From positions 1 through 38,162 of IMG/VR virus record IMGVR_UViG_3300049144_000026: a stretch of 38,162 nucleotides of DNA; one strand, written 5' to 3'. A program made the position numbers and the translations under genes. Below are positions 10,058 through 19,984 of this stretch, piece by piece. The DNA is from a virus (taxonomy: Duplodnaviria > Caudoviricetes). Within the stretch, counting starts at the first letter, position 1. Every line of letters begins with the position of its first letter. The notes beneath the pieces were generated by a model, which had not been told where the DNA came from, did not search any database, and saw nothing but the letters and a program-made list of their open reading frames with translations.

Positions 10058-10576
10058 ATGGGTCAGAAAATGCTCACTGACGCTAACCGGCGTCTGGACT
10101 TCTTCCCTGCAATTGCCAACTACCACGCACCCACGTTGGCAGAGGCCGGAGCTGCGGGTGTCCTGCAACTCTCAACGCTGATCACCATCGCTGATTTCGC
10201 CCTAGGTTCGACCGGGGATGACTCGATCAACGACCCTGCCTATTCCGCGTCGTCCAACTCCACCGTCCCGGGCCGGACCAACTACGAAGCCGGAATGAAC
10301 TTCTTCCGGTGGAAGACCACCCTCGATGACAAGGCATGGACGACGTTCGACGGCAAGAACCTCCACGGTTTCCTGGTTGAACGCATCGGACAGATCGCAG
10401 ACGGAGAGAAGGCCCATGAGGTGCCCCTTGCTGTTGGTGACGAGGTCCGTGTCTTCGAAGTCCTCACGGGTACCCAGCAGGTCCTGAACCCGACAGGCGC
10501 CGGATACGAGAAGTTCCGTCAGGCCTTCTTTGTCCAGGACCTCGTGGACGAACGCGCGGTCATCGCGGCCGCGTAG
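10058..10576 (+). CDS. Major tail tube protein
   Basis: Synteny before the tail chaperones; APTLAE and TVPGRTNYE motifs. Confidence 0.88.
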   Translation: MGQKMLTDANRRLDFFPAIANYHAPTLAEAGAAGVLQLSTLITIADFALGSTGDDSINDPAYSASSNSTVPGRTNYEAGMNFFRWKTTLDDKAWTTFDGKNLHGFLVERIGQIADGEKAHEVPLAVGDEVRVFEVLTGTQQVLNPTGAGYEKFRQAFFVQDLVDERAVIAAA

Positions 10577-10585
10577 CAACAGACT

Positions 10586-10676
10586 GCCGGCCGGTGGGTT
10601 TTCCAAGGTTCCCACCGGCCGGCGCACCACCTCAAAAAACCTTGCCCCAATTCACACCAAAAACCTTGGAGGTTTT
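10586..10676 (+). promoter_or_regulatory. Structured leader of the tail assembly chaperone gene
   Basis: 13-bp stem 10586-10598/10611-10623; loop TCCAAGGTT is complementary to AACCTTGGA (10662-10670), which overlaps the GGAGG RBS. Confidence 0.6.
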
Positions 10677-10679
10677 GCC

Positions 10680-11330
10680 ATGACCGAATCATTCAATCTC
10701 GATAACTGGCTCGACGGCATTCAGCGCACCGAGCGCTCTGTCACTTTGTACGCCCGCCCTGACCTGTTGGCCGACATTGACGAGCTGGAGGCCAAGCTGC
10801 GCCTCGCGGGCGAGGTCCCGGAAGAGGATCGGGCTATGTCCGATTCCACCGGAGGGAAACTGCAGGAGCAGATCGACGCCCTGTACATCGCGCTGGACGC
10901 TTCCAAGCAGGTTTTTCGGGTGAGCTTCTTGGACGATGAGGAAGTGAACGCCATCCAGGAGACCGTCAAGGCTGAGTTGAAGGGCGTCGCAGACAAGGCC
11001 GCTGCTGATGCGCGCAAAGAGGCTCGCGAAAAGTGCAAGCGCCTGGAAATCACCCAGCCGAACGACATCAACAACGTCATGCGGACCATGGCGAATGCTG
11101 CTGCGGACAAGGTGATCGAACGGGAAGTTTCCGTCCGGACCCTCGCGGCCGCTGTGGTCTCCCCGAAGCTCTCTGTTGACCAGGTCAGGAAGCTCTACAC
11201 AAAGGTGGGCGACGCGCAGATAGCGCTGCTGTCCATGGCTTACAGTCGGGCAGCCAACGAGGCCCCTCAGGTGGCTGTCCCAAAATCGTCGAGGCCCTCG
11301 CAGACCGGCGAAACGAGCACATCCTCTTAG
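10680..11330 (+). CDS. Tail assembly chaperone (G)
   Basis: Between tail tube and tape measure; GGAGG RBS; slippery site near the 3' end. Confidence 0.88.
   Translation: MTESFNLDNWLDGIQRTERSVTLYARPDLLADIDELEAKLRLAGEVPEEDRAMSDSTGGKLQEQIDALYIALDASKQVFRVSFLDDEEVNAIQETVKAELKGVADKAAADARKEAREKCKRLEITQPNDINNVMRTMANAAADKVIEREVSVRTLAAAVVSPKLSVDQVRKLYTKVGDAQIALLSMAYSRAANEAPQVAVPKSSRPSQTGETSTSS
11279..11285 (+). promoter_or_regulatory. Programmed -1 frameshift heptamer C CCA AAA
   Basis: X XXY YYZ heptamer in the chaperone frame; the -1 frame is open to 11638. Confidence 0.85.
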
Positions 11331-11638
11331 AGGCACGCACCGCGAGGGATTGGAAGGTCCCGCAGACAGTGATGCGGGGCCGTCCTGACGACGGTAAGTG
11401 GTCATACGCGGACCGCGTCATGGCCCTTGCCCTAACGGCTTACGAGGACGGGCTGTGTAGCGGCTGCGGGCTCCACCATTCGGTAACCCGCGGGGATCAC
11501 AATGTTGGCCGGCACGAGACCGACGAGCAGGTCATCTGTCATGGCTGCGCCCCGCTCGAAGCCAAGCTGTCCGACAAGAACCGCAAGACGTTCCCCGGTC
11601 AGAAGATCGTGGTCCGCGAGGTCGATGGCTGGGACTAG
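11285..11638 (+). CDS. Frameshifted C-terminal extension of tail chaperone (GT fusion, 10680..11638)
   Basis: -1 frame reads IVEALADRRNEHILLEARTARDWKVP...WSYADRVMALA...CSGCG...CHGC, continuous with ORF 11369..11638. Confidence 0.85.
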   Translation: MVEALADRRNEHILLEARTARDWKVPQTVMRGRPDDGKWSYADRVMALALTAYEDGLCSGCGLHHSVTRGDHNVGRHETDEQVICHGCAPLEAKLSDKNRKTFPGQKIVVREVDGWD

Positions 11639-11673
11639 ACCCACAGAAAACTGAACAGTGATTGGAGGCTCAA

Positions 11674-14600
11674 GTGTCTGAACGCTCCGTCATTGTCCGG
11701 ATCAAAGCCGAGATCGGTGACTTCCGCAAGAACATGGCGGAGGCGTCAAAGGTCACGGCCGAAGTGGGCAAGACCGCGACCGAGACGGCGGCCAAGTCAA
11801 CGACTGCTCTGGGTCAGATGGTGCAGTCCGCCGACCGCCACGAGCGGGCATGGTCCACCTCCGGCGCTGCGCTCCTCGGATTCGGTACAGCCGTCTCCGT
11901 GGGCGTTGGCCTGGCAATCAAGTCCTACGCAGAGTTCGACAAATCCATGTCCGAAGTCAAGGCGGCAACACACGCCTCAGCTGGTGACATGGAGCTGCTC
12001 CGGACAGCGGCTATCAAAGCCGGGGCCGACACCTCCTACTCGGCTAAGGAAGCCGCGGACGCGATCACGGAGCTTTCCAAGGCCGGAGTTTCGACCAAGG
12101 AAATCCTCGGCGGCGGACTCGCTGGGGCGCTCTCCCTCGCCGCAGCTGGCGGGATAGAGGTTGCCGAAGCTGCCGAGCTGGCAGCTACCGCCATGACGCA
12201 GTTCAAGCTCAAAGGCGACCAGATCCCGCACCTCGCGGACCTCCTCGCCGCGGGCGCGGGCAAGGCCCAAGGTTCAGTACAGGACCTTGGGGCTGCCCTC
12301 GGCCAGAGCGGTCTGGTAGCCGCATCAACCGGCCTGTCCATCGAGGAAACCACGGGCGGTCTTGCTGCCTTCGCTTCCGCTGGTCTCCTCGGCTCAGATG
12401 CCGGCACATCGTTCAAGACCATGCTGCAGTCCCTAACCCCGAACTCGGCGGCCGCAGCCAGCGAAATGCAGCGCCTCGGCATCAACGCCTACGACGCCAA
12501 CGGCAAATTCATCGGCCTGTCCAAGTTTGCCGGGAACCTCAAAGACTCAATGAAGGGTCTCTCGGACGAGCAACGCAACGCCTCGATGAAGATCATCTTC
12601 GGCTCCGACGCCGTCCGCGCAGCGAACGTCCTCTACGAGCAGGGCGCAAAGGGCATTGCCGACTGGACAACCAAGGTCAACGAGTCCGGATACGCGGCCA
12701 GCACAGCAGCCATCAAGCAGGACAACCTGGCCGGCGACATCGAGAAGGTCGGCGGCTCTCTCGATTCCGTATTCCTGAAGTCGGGATCCGGAGCAAACGA
12801 GGTCCTCCGCGGACTCACCCAGGGCGCGGACAGGCTCATTGATTCCATAGGCCAGCTGCCGACCCCACTCCTTCAGAGCGGACTCGGCCTGACCGCACTC
12901 GCAGGCGGATCAGCGCTGGTCGTCGGCGGGTTCGTCACCATGTTCCCCAAGGTCATCGAGGCCCGTAAAGCCTTCGATGAAATGAAGATCTCCAACGAAA
13001 AGGGCGCGACAGCCCTCGGCAAGGTGGGCAAGGCAGCTGGTATCGCAGCCATCGCGCTCGCGGGCCTTCAGATTGCCGGAGCAATCCAGAAGTCATGGGC
13101 CCCTGGCGCGAAGACCATTGAGGACTTCGCTCAGGCGACGCTGGATAGCGCAACTTCGATCGACAGTCTGAACACCATCTTCCGAGAGAACGAGATCGGC
13201 GTCGAGGTGAAGGGAATAGGTGAGGCGCTCCTGCGTCTCAACGACAACCTGGTCTTCGACAACATCAACAACTTTGTCGGAGACCTCGCCGGCGGCACCT
13301 CCGCGACCCAGCGGATGCGCGACAACCTGCGAGGCCTCGATCAGCAGCTGGGCGTCCTCACCAAGGGCGGCGCCGGAGACAAGGCCGGCAAGGTCTTCCA
13401 GCAGATCAGAGAAGAGACCGACAAGACGGCCGACGCACAAGGCCGCGCTCGCCTGTCTACAGCTGATCTGCTCAAGCAAGTTCCTGAATACACCGCAGCA
13501 CTGAAGGCCCAGGCGTCAGCGCTCGGAGTGAAGCTGGAGCAGCACGAGCTGGAAGAGATGGCACTCGGTAAGATCCCTGCCCGACTGGCGGCTGTAACCG
13601 CAACGTCAGAGGGGCAAGCGAAGGCCGCGGAATTCCAAGCGAAGGCGACAGAGGAGGCAACCAAAAAACTCGAGGAGATGGGCCTCGGGGCTGATGGGGC
13701 TGTCCTGTCTCTGTCAAAGCTTCTGGATGCAATGTTCGCTACCGGACTGGCCACCATGTCAGCTCGTGACGCTGAAGCTGCCTATCAGGAAAGTCTCGAC
13801 GGGTTGCAGGCAAAGATCCAGGAGGTCATGGCAACCCAGACCGCAGGTAACGCAGTCTGGGATGAGGCTAAGGGTAGCTTCGATGTGACCAGCGAGGCCG
13901 GCCGTGCCGCTAACGCCGTGTTTGGGGATCTGCAACAGTCAGCCATCAACACCACCACAGCGATGGCTAACGCGGGCGCAAGCCAGCCGGACCTGCAGGC
14001 CAAGCTCGGGGAAACATACAAATCACTGTATGACACAGCCCGGGCCTTTGGAGCCTCGGAAGAAAAGGCCGACGCTCTGGCACGGTCAGCTCTGGGAATC
14101 CCTAAGAACGTCGATATCAACACTGCAATCCAGAACTACGCAGACACCATCGCGAAGGCTCACGGTGTCAAGGAGGCTGTTGAGGCCATCCCAACACGGA
14201 TAGGCACGACGCACTTCCTGACAACGGACTCCTCAGGGTTCATTGACCCCCGCAACATGCCGGGCAAAATTACCGGGCCGACAGCCTTCGCTAACGGCGG
14301 CATCGTCCGGGCATTTGCCGATGGTGGTCTCGTCCATGCGGCAAATGGCTTGAAGCGTGAATCGATGATCGCCAAGGGCGGCGCGAACATCCTGTGGGCA
14401 GAACCTGAAACGGGCTGGGAAGCCTACATCAGCGGGAAGCCCGGACAGGAGAGTCGCAACAAGGCAATCCTCGCGGAGATCGCGCCACGGTTCGGCCTCG
14501 AAGTATCTGCCCGCCACGGGGACAACGCACCGTCCAAGTCCATGGCAGGTGGACACGGGGCCGTCCATTCGTTCAGCGGCTTCAACCCCGGAACCCACGC

Positions 14601-14727
14601 CAGCAGATCCTCAGACCCAGCTGCTGGCGCAGGGATCTACATCGACAAGGTCGAACTCAATGAGCAGTCAGACCCAAGGGCCACGTTCATGGAATTCAAC
14701 CGAGACATGAAGCGTCGCCGCGTATAG
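11674..14727 (+). CDS. Tape measure protein
   Basis: Longest ORF (~1017 aa), Ala/Gly-rich; TP901-type motifs (ELSKAG, GSDAGTSFKTML); C-terminal FADGG and WAEPETG; GGAGG before GTG 11674. Confidence 0.97.
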   Translation: MSERSVIVRIKAEIGDFRKNMAEASKVTAEVGKTATETAAKSTTALGQMVQSADRHERAWSTSGAALLGFGTAVSVGVGLAIKSYAEFDKSMSEVKAATHASAGDMELLRTAAIKAGADTSYSAKEAADAITELSKAGVSTKEILGGGLAGALSLAAAGGIEVAEAAELAATAMTQFKLKGDQIPHLADLLAAGAGKAQGSVQDLGAALGQSGLVAASTGLSIEETTGGLAAFASAGLLGSDAGTSFKTMLQSLTPNSAAAASEMQRLGINAYDANGKFIGLSKFAGNLKDSMKGLSDEQRNASMKIIFGSDAVRAANVLYEQGAKGIADWTTKVNESGYAASTAAIKQDNLAGDIEKVGGSLDSVFLKSGSGANEVLRGLTQGADRLIDSIGQLPTPLLQSGLGLTALAGGSALVVGGFVTMFPKVIEARKAFDEMKISNEKGATALGKVGKAAGIAAIALAGLQIAGAIQKSWAPGAKTIEDFAQATLDSATSIDSLNTIFRENEIGVEVKGIGEALLRLNDNLVFDNINNFVGDLAGGTSATQRMRDNLRGLDQQLGVLTKGGAGDKAGKVFQQIREETDKTADAQGRARLSTADLLKQVPEYTAALKAQASALGVKLEQHELEEMALGKIPARLAAVTATSEGQAKAAEFQAKATEEATKKLEEMGLGADGAVLSLSKLLDAMFATGLATMSARDAEAAYQESLDGLQAKIQEVMATQTAGNAVWDEAKGSFDVTSEAGRAANAVFGDLQQSAINTTTAMANAGASQPDLQAKLGETYKSLYDTARAFGASEEKADALARSALGIPKNVDINTAIQNYADTIAKAHGVKEAVEAIPTRIGTTHFLTTDSSGFIDPRNMPGKITGPTAFANGGIVRAFADGGLVHAANGLKRESMIAKGGANILWAEPETGWEAYISGKPGQESRNKAILAEIAPRFGLEVSARHGDNAPSKSMAGGHGAVHSFSGFNPGTHASRSSDPAAGAGIYIDKVELNEQSDPRATFMEFNRDMKRRRV

Positions 14728-14741
14728 AGAAGGAGGCTGGG

Positions 14742-15650
14742 ATGCCATACCCAAGTCCTGTTACGTATCCCAGCCCCTCCCTCTACCCCGGATTCGCATC
14801 CGGCAGCAGTAACCGGATGATCAGCATCGGGGATCTCGTCCTAGGTGACTACGACGCCGATGGCGTCAAGTGGTCAATCAACGACTTCGACGGTTGGGAA
14901 GGCTCGCCCGCCTCAACCATCGAGTTCGAACAGCGCGCTCGTGACCACGGGTCAACCGCCTCGGAACCGTTCATGACCACCAGGTACATGACTATCGAGG
15001 GCAAGATCAGGGCACCTTCCGCTTCGCTCCTGGAAGCCGCATTCAAGAAGCTCAACGCAGCTGTAACGCTGGCCCCGTTTCAGATGCTTGTGTCCGAATC
15101 CGGCGGCGTACTCAACTGCATGGCGCAACGCCAAGGTGCCGTCATTCCGAAGCCAATCACCGACACTCTGGCAACATATTCCCTCCTGATTGCAGCCAAA
15201 GATCCCCGCAAGTACGGAAACCTTGAAACTTACTCAACCTTGCTGCCTTTCTCCCACGGCGGATTGATCCGGCCTTCAACGTGGCCTCGGACATGGACGG
15301 GCGTCTCCACCGAGGGGAAGATCCTGGTCAACAACCCCGGAGACACACAAGCACCTGTATGGCTCCGCATTGACGGGCCGGTACCGGCCGGGGGCTGGGC
15401 GGCAGCTCACATAGGAAAGCAGCAGACGCTCGCGTTCGCCACAAGTCTGGCGCTTGAGCCTGGCGAGTTCGTGACCGTTGACATGCAGCGCAGGGAAGTG
15501 ATGGCCCAAGGCCAATCAGCTCGTGCTGGATACGTGACCTCTCGTGGCTGGTTCTCTCTGGATCCGGGCATGAATGAAATCGGCTTCTCCGCAAACAGCC
15601 ACTCCTCTACTGCCTTACTCACTCTCACAACGAAACCCGCCTGGAGCTGA
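14742..15650 (+). CDS. Minor tail protein (distal tail/Dit-like)
   Basis: Follows tape measure; A.DPRKY, NPGDT.AP..IDGP and WFSLDPG.N motifs. Confidence 0.85.
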   Translation: MPYPSPVTYPSPSLYPGFASGSSNRMISIGDLVLGDYDADGVKWSINDFDGWEGSPASTIEFEQRARDHGSTASEPFMTTRYMTIEGKIRAPSASLLEAAFKKLNAAVTLAPFQMLVSESGGVLNCMAQRQGAVIPKPITDTLATYSLLIAAKDPRKYGNLETYSTLLPFSHGGLIRPSTWPRTWTGVSTEGKILVNNPGDTQAPVWLRIDGPVPAGGWAAAHIGKQQTLAFATSLALEPGEFVTVDMQRREVMAQGQSARAGYVTSRGWFSLDPGMNEIGFSANSHSSTALLTLTTKPAWS

Positions 15651-15652
15651 TT

Positions 15653-16669
15653 ATGACGATTACTTTTCTTGCCCCTGACGGTGTCCCGGTAACGGCCAAG
15701 CAAGAGCGTCAGGCGCACGCTGCACTCTATGGTGGGGGCGCTGACCGCCCTCTCGGTGGGCGCTCGGGCTTCCGGATTGATACGGCCTCGGACATCTTCA
15801 CAGTTACGTCCACAACCTGGACGCTAAAGCCCTGCGCGGCCATGATCGACCCTGCCGCGACCAACTATCAGGGAATGTACGGGTGGTCCACGGACGCGGA
15901 CGTCCAAGGTGTCAAGGCTCCAGCTGATGCCACTCTTCCGCGGAAGGATATCGCGTATATCCGGATCAATGACTCCAGTGCCGGGGATCTCTCTGGCTTG
16001 CTCTCGGCGCCAGTTGAGTATCTGGAAGGAGTGCCGGCCGCTTCACCGATTGCGCCGGGGCTGCCCCCGCGGTCGTTCCTCGTAGCCACGGTGACAGTCC
16101 CCCAGGTTGGTGGGGGATCTCCGACTGTTGTCCTGAACCCGGCAAGGTTTGTTGCAGCCGGGGCCCCACAGCTGGTGTCTTCTGATGCCGAGCGGGACGC
16201 CCTTTCCAAGTATCTGGATCTTCAGGTCATCCGGAGAGACAAGAACGGGCGGATCGAGACGTGGAACGGAACCACCTGGTGGTGGATCGGGCAGACGTGG
16301 GAGTTCAACCGCGGCGCCGGATCTGATGCTAGCTTCACGACCGCTAACACCGGACTTGTTTCCGGGACGATATCGAACGCGCCGGCAGGAACTTACGAGA
16401 TCTTAGGGCAGGCCGGCCTCTACGGGGCGACGTCGGCGCTCGGCCGGGTGTTCGTGGGCACGGGGCCCGCGGGATCGACCACCTATTACAAGCGCAGGCA
16501 GGACCTCACCAACACCGCGTCAACATACAACGTCCTCAAGAAGAATTTTGTTCACGCGGGCGGGAACCTGGTCGTCACGGTGGGCTACGACGTTACCACC
16601 GGCACGGCCACGGTCATGTCTGCCGGGTCAGGCGAAACCACCGTCACAGCAACACTCGTAAGCGTGTAG
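15653..16669 (+). CDS. Minor tail protein / receptor-binding candidate
   Basis: AD.TLPR.D motif, ETWNGTTW and beta-rich C-terminal domain. Confidence 0.8.
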   Translation: MTITFLAPDGVPVTAKQERQAHAALYGGGADRPLGGRSGFRIDTASDIFTVTSTTWTLKPCAAMIDPAATNYQGMYGWSTDADVQGVKAPADATLPRKDIAYIRINDSSAGDLSGLLSAPVEYLEGVPAASPIAPGLPPRSFLVATVTVPQVGGGSPTVVLNPARFVAAGAPQLVSSDAERDALSKYLDLQVIRRDKNGRIETWNGTTWWWIGQTWEFNRGAGSDASFTTANTGLVSGTISNAPAGTYEILGQAGLYGATSALGRVFVGTGPAGSTTYYKRRQDLTNTASTYNVLKKNFVHAGGNLVVTVGYDVTTGTATVMSAGSGETTVTATLVSV

Positions 16670-16683
16670 GGAGGACCAGACGT

Positions 16684-17016
16684 GTGGACGCAGCGACCAT
16701 CACCGCGATTGCCGGAGCGCTCGGACTGTTGGGCGGGGGCGCGTGGAAGCTAATCGACCGCGCGGACAAAAAGCGCGAACGGCGGGAGGTTGCCGTGGAA
16801 GAACTCCTGAAGCTGCAAATAGTCGGGCTGGAAGCGGACAAGCTCAAGCTCGAAGCGCAAAACCTGCAGGAACGGCAGGACTCCGAACGCCGCGAGAAAC
16901 GCTTGAAGAGGTACAACTCACAGATCAAGTCCCACGCCGGCAAATGGCGGGAGCAGTTGATCGCCAACAACATCGATCCCGAACCCGCCGACTGGCCGGA
17001 GGACAAAGATGACTGA
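16684..17016 (+). CDS. Single-TM membrane protein with coiled coil (lysis cassette)
   Basis: N-terminal hydrophobic helix, charged coiled coil; GGGAGG RBS. Confidence 0.75.
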   Translation: MDAATITAIAGALGLLGGGAWKLIDRADKKRERREVAVEELLKLQIVGLEADKLKLEAQNLQERQDSERREKRLKRYNSQIKSHAGKWREQLIANNIDPEPADWPEDKDD

Positions 17017-17869
17017 TCTACAGCAAGAGATAACAAAAGCATCAACCAAGGCTGCGACGTCGCGGAAGACTTCCAAACGCATTCAGCTCTGGCTGCTGAT
17101 CACGTCCGTTCTTCTCGCCGTTTCGGTCGCCGTCATCGTCGCGCTGCTCCACAATGCCGAGAACCGGGCCGATGTGTCCGGAGCCCAGGTTGTTACGGAG
17201 CAAGAGGAGAAGAAGGAAATCGCCAACCAGGCGCAGAAGGCGTTGTGTCAGGAGGGCGACAAGCTGGTCTTTGACCGCGAGCTGTGCGAGTACTGGGCGA
17301 CTGTCGCCCAGGAACCGCCCGTTCAGCTCCCGGAGGTGGCCAATAATGGGCCAACACAGGCCGAGCTGATCCTCGCATTCCGCGCCTACTGCGATGCCGG
17401 GAACTGCAGAGGCGAAGACGGGGAAACCCCCACCCCTGATGACATTGCTGCAGCCTTTGTGAAGTTCTGCGCAAACGATCGATGCACCGGCCCGGAGGGC
17501 AAACCGGGAGAGGCAGCGGAACCGTTGGCCCCAGAGTTTGAAATGGTCCTCGCCGCCGTCACCCAGTACTGCGCATCTGGCGCTTGTGTGGGCCCATCTG
17601 GAGCAGGCGGCGCAAACGCTACACAAGACATGGTCCTCGCGGCCGTCCAAGCGGTATGCGCCAACGACGCCTGCCGCGGAGAAAAGGGCGACGACGGCGA
17701 GAAGGGTGAGAAGGGCGACCCGCCGACAGTCATCCATGTGATTGATCCAGCAGGCAGGCCGCAGACATGCACGCCCAATCCGCCCGGCAGCACAGAGTAC
17801 TACTGCACCTGGGACGAAAAGCCCGGGCCGACATTGCCCATCGAACCACCTACTGGGGGAACGCCATGA
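17009..17869 (+). CDS. Single-TM membrane protein with Cys-repeat and collagen-like ectodomain
   Basis: TM helix at aa ~25-47; four C-x4-C-x-G repeats; GEKGDDGEKGEKGD. Confidence 0.8.
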   Translation: MTDLQQEITKASTKAATSRKTSKRIQLWLLITSVLLAVSVAVIVALLHNAENRADVSGAQVVTEQEEKKEIANQAQKALCQEGDKLVFDRELCEYWATVAQEPPVQLPEVANNGPTQAELILAFRAYCDAGNCRGEDGETPTPDDIAAAFVKFCANDRCTGPEGKPGEAAEPLAPEFEMVLAAVTQYCASGACVGPSGAGGANATQDMVLAAVQAVCANDACRGEKGDDGEKGEKGDPPTVIHVIDPAGRPQTCTPNPPGSTEYYCTWDEKPGPTLPIEPPTGGTP

Positions 17870-18756
17870 TCATCACCAAAGAAGCCTTCAGCGAGTGGAT
17901 GCAGTATGTCCTGGCTAACCGTTACATCAATGTAGACGGCGCTCACGGCGCCCAGTGCTGGGACCTGTTCGGTCACTTCTGTGACTGGTTCGGAATCCCC
18001 CGGGTGAACACCTACGGGGGGCGTTGGAGCGGCTGGGCTGGGGCTCTCGTGGACCAGTACGCGGTGAACGGGGCAGCTGCCAACTTCGAGTTGATCAGCC
18101 CTGATCAGCCCGCACAGCTGGCCGACACCGCAGTCTGGGGCGACAGCTACTGGTACTACCCGGCAACACACGTCGCCCAGGTAGTCAGTGACGCTGGCGG
18201 ACTCCTGCTGTGCCTGTCACAAAACTCCAGTCCATCCCTCCCTGACAACCCTTACCCCGGGGCCTCTACCGGCCCGACCATCTTGCAGCATCTCCCAAAG
18301 CAGGGGCTCATCGGCTACCTGCGGCCGCGCGGCGGCATCATCTACCAAGGCACCACCATCCCCGAGGAGGACGAAATGTCAGGCGTACACACAGAACGGC
18401 TCAACCAGGCCGTAGACCGCATTCTTGGGCGCGACGAACAGCGCTATATTTTCCTTGATACGGACAATCGGATCAAGCCATGCGATCCCGGAACACCCGG
18501 CTCATGGGCGGCCCGCTCCGCCGACGTCGGGGACATCGTGGGCATCCTCTACCTGCTGCAGGACGGCACGAAGCGCACCGTCGATGAGGTATCCGCCGCC
18601 TACCACCAGGGCGAGGCGTCAGCAGAGCGCAGGGCCTCGGACCTGAAGGGCCTCGTCGCAACGCTCTCCGCCGCCGATCTGGCAGAAGCGCTGCCCGACG
18701 AACTTGCCAGGGAAGTAGTGGACGAGCTCGTTGAACGCCTGAAAGTAGGTTCCTGA
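17866..18756 (+). CDS. Endolysin (CHAP-type peptidase domain)
   Basis: DGAHGAQCWDL (catalytic Cys), THVA (His), LSQN and IGYLRP motifs; ATGA overlap; followed by a holin. Confidence 0.9.
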   Translation: MIITKEAFSEWMQYVLANRYINVDGAHGAQCWDLFGHFCDWFGIPRVNTYGGRWSGWAGALVDQYAVNGAAANFELISPDQPAQLADTAVWGDSYWYYPATHVAQVVSDAGGLLLCLSQNSSPSLPDNPYPGASTGPTILQHLPKQGLIGYLRPRGGIIYQGTTIPEEDEMSGVHTERLNQAVDRILGRDEQRYIFLDTDNRIKPCDPGTPGSWAARSADVGDIVGILYLLQDGTKRTVDEVSAAYHQGEASAERRASDLKGLVATLSAADLAEALPDELAREVVDELVERLKVGS

Positions 18757-18758
18757 AC

Positions 18759-19187
18759 ATGGAGAACTTCCTCGCTCTCGACAACGCTTCCCTGTGGGCG
18801 CTCGCCGTCGGCTTCTTCAGCCCTCCAGTGATAAGCGTCATCCAGCAGTCCCGGTGGAGCGCCCGCCGGCAATCAGTCGTAGCGTTCGCCTTCTACGTCC
18901 TCGTCGCCGCTGTAACGGCATACGTGGCAGGACTGTTCAACACGCCGGACATACTGAGGCTGGCCCTGCTGATCTTCCTTGCCGCTGGCACGAGCTACAA
19001 AACATTGTGGAAGCCAACGGGGATCAGCCCGGCCATTGAAGCAGCGACGTCGCCCAAACAGGATGACACCCCGCCCAGGCATTCGGCCGCCGGAACGGTG
19101 AATCTTGTCATCCACACAAGCGCAGACCCAGACCAGGTGGCCCGCAATATTGCCCAGAGGCTGGGAGGAGAGGAGCCCAATGTCTGA
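18759..19187 (+). CDS. Holin
   Basis: Several hydrophobic helices; SY..LWKPTG motif; directly after the endolysin. Confidence 0.85.
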   Translation: MENFLALDNASLWALAVGFFSPPVISVIQQSRWSARRQSVVAFAFYVLVAAVTAYVAGLFNTPDILRLALLIFLAAGTSYKTLWKPTGISPAIEAATSPKQDDTPPRHSAAGTVNLVIHTSADPDQVARNIAQRLGGEEPNV

Positions 19188-19365
19188 GCAACTCACGGAC
19201 CTCCTCGCCGCGACTCAAGAGCTTCCGGATCTGTTGACTGAGCATACGCCCACGGCGGCAACGCATCACATGAGCTGCGGGGCTCCGTGGATGACCTCGC
19301 AGACGGCGGAAGAAGACGGGACGGTTACCAGCAGGCTGGTCTGCCCTGTCTGCGCGACGTCTTAG
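19180..19365 (+). CDS. Small hypothetical protein with possible Zn ligands (HHMSCG...CPVC)
   Basis: GAGGAG RBS; ATG overlaps the holin end. Confidence 0.55.
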   Translation: MSEQLTDLLAATQELPDLLTEHTPTAATHHMSCGAPWMTSQTAEEDGTVTSRLVCPVCATS

Positions 19366-19757
19366 AAAATAACGTGCGTTGATTCGTTGATGAGCTGGTG
19401 AGCCCGCTGAAATGAGACTCCGAGGACAATGCCAACCTCCCGCACAGTCAGGCCTTCCGTGTTGTGAAGTTCCTTCGCTGCCTCGCGTGCCTCTTTGGCT
19501 GCCAGGGCGTTGGCGACTTTCGCCTGACGGGCGTGTTCCTCGGAGTCTCGAATCAATTCCTGCACACGCTCCGGGACTCGTGGAACGACTTCGATTTCAA
19601 AGGAATCCTCTGGATCACCGGTTAACAGTGCCGCGGCGTCCCTGACCATTACCTCCACGTCCCGGAGGCGCTTGGCCTGTGTGAACAGGCCCTTCACCTC
19701 CGGGACCTCTATGGTCCAGACGCCTTCCGTGCGCTCGGCGTGTGCTGTGAGTTTCAT
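19362..19757 (-). CDS. hicB: HicB-family antitoxin with C-terminal HTH
   Basis: W.IEVPEV.GLFTQA..L.DV..M.RDA N-terminal fold; GLTVREVG.VLGVSFQRAHQL HTH; coupled to hicA. Confidence 0.88.
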   Translation of the reverse strand: MKLTAHAERTEGVWTIEVPEVKGLFTQAKRLRDVEVMVRDAAALLTGDPEDSFEIEVVPRVPERVQELIRDSEEHARQAKVANALAAKEAREAAKELHNTEGLTVREVGIVLGVSFQRAHQLINESTHVIF

Positions 19758-19948
19758 TCGGACTCTTCCATCTCTTTGAGGATCTTGCGGGCCAAGATCT
19801 CGTTGATCTCGCTGTGCCGGGGAACTGCGGTTTGCTTGTCGCCTACCCGGACGACTGTATGTCTTCCACCTTCGCGAAGCTCCAGTTCCTCGCCTGCGTC
19901 CTTGGCGATCCTGTCGAGCTTCTTCATTAGGTCCCGTCGCTTCATCAT
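19754..19948 (-). CDS. hicA: HicA-family mRNA interferase toxin
   Basis: 64 aa basic protein, MKRRDL, REGGRH (catalytic His), VPRHSEI...LARKILK. Confidence 0.92.
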   Translation of the reverse strand: MMKRRDLMKKLDRIAKDAGEELELREGGRHTVVRVGDKQTAVPRHSEINEILARKILKEMEESE

Positions 19949-19954
19949 GAGTTT

Positions 19955-19984
19955 AGTCTAGTGGCACTAGACAGATCAAGTCAA
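19955..19984 (-). promoter_or_regulatory. Leaderless hicAB promoter with operator palindrome
   Basis: Minus strand TTGACT-N18-TAGACT-N6-ATG; palindrome GTCTAGTG-G-CACTAGAC at 19956-19972 overlaps the -10. Confidence 0.75.

Noticed and set aside
6637-10576. C-terminal AA on capsid (WTAA) and tail tube (IAAA) as degradation tags
   Set aside because: Abundant Ala-rich structural proteins; no regulatory context, likely coincidental
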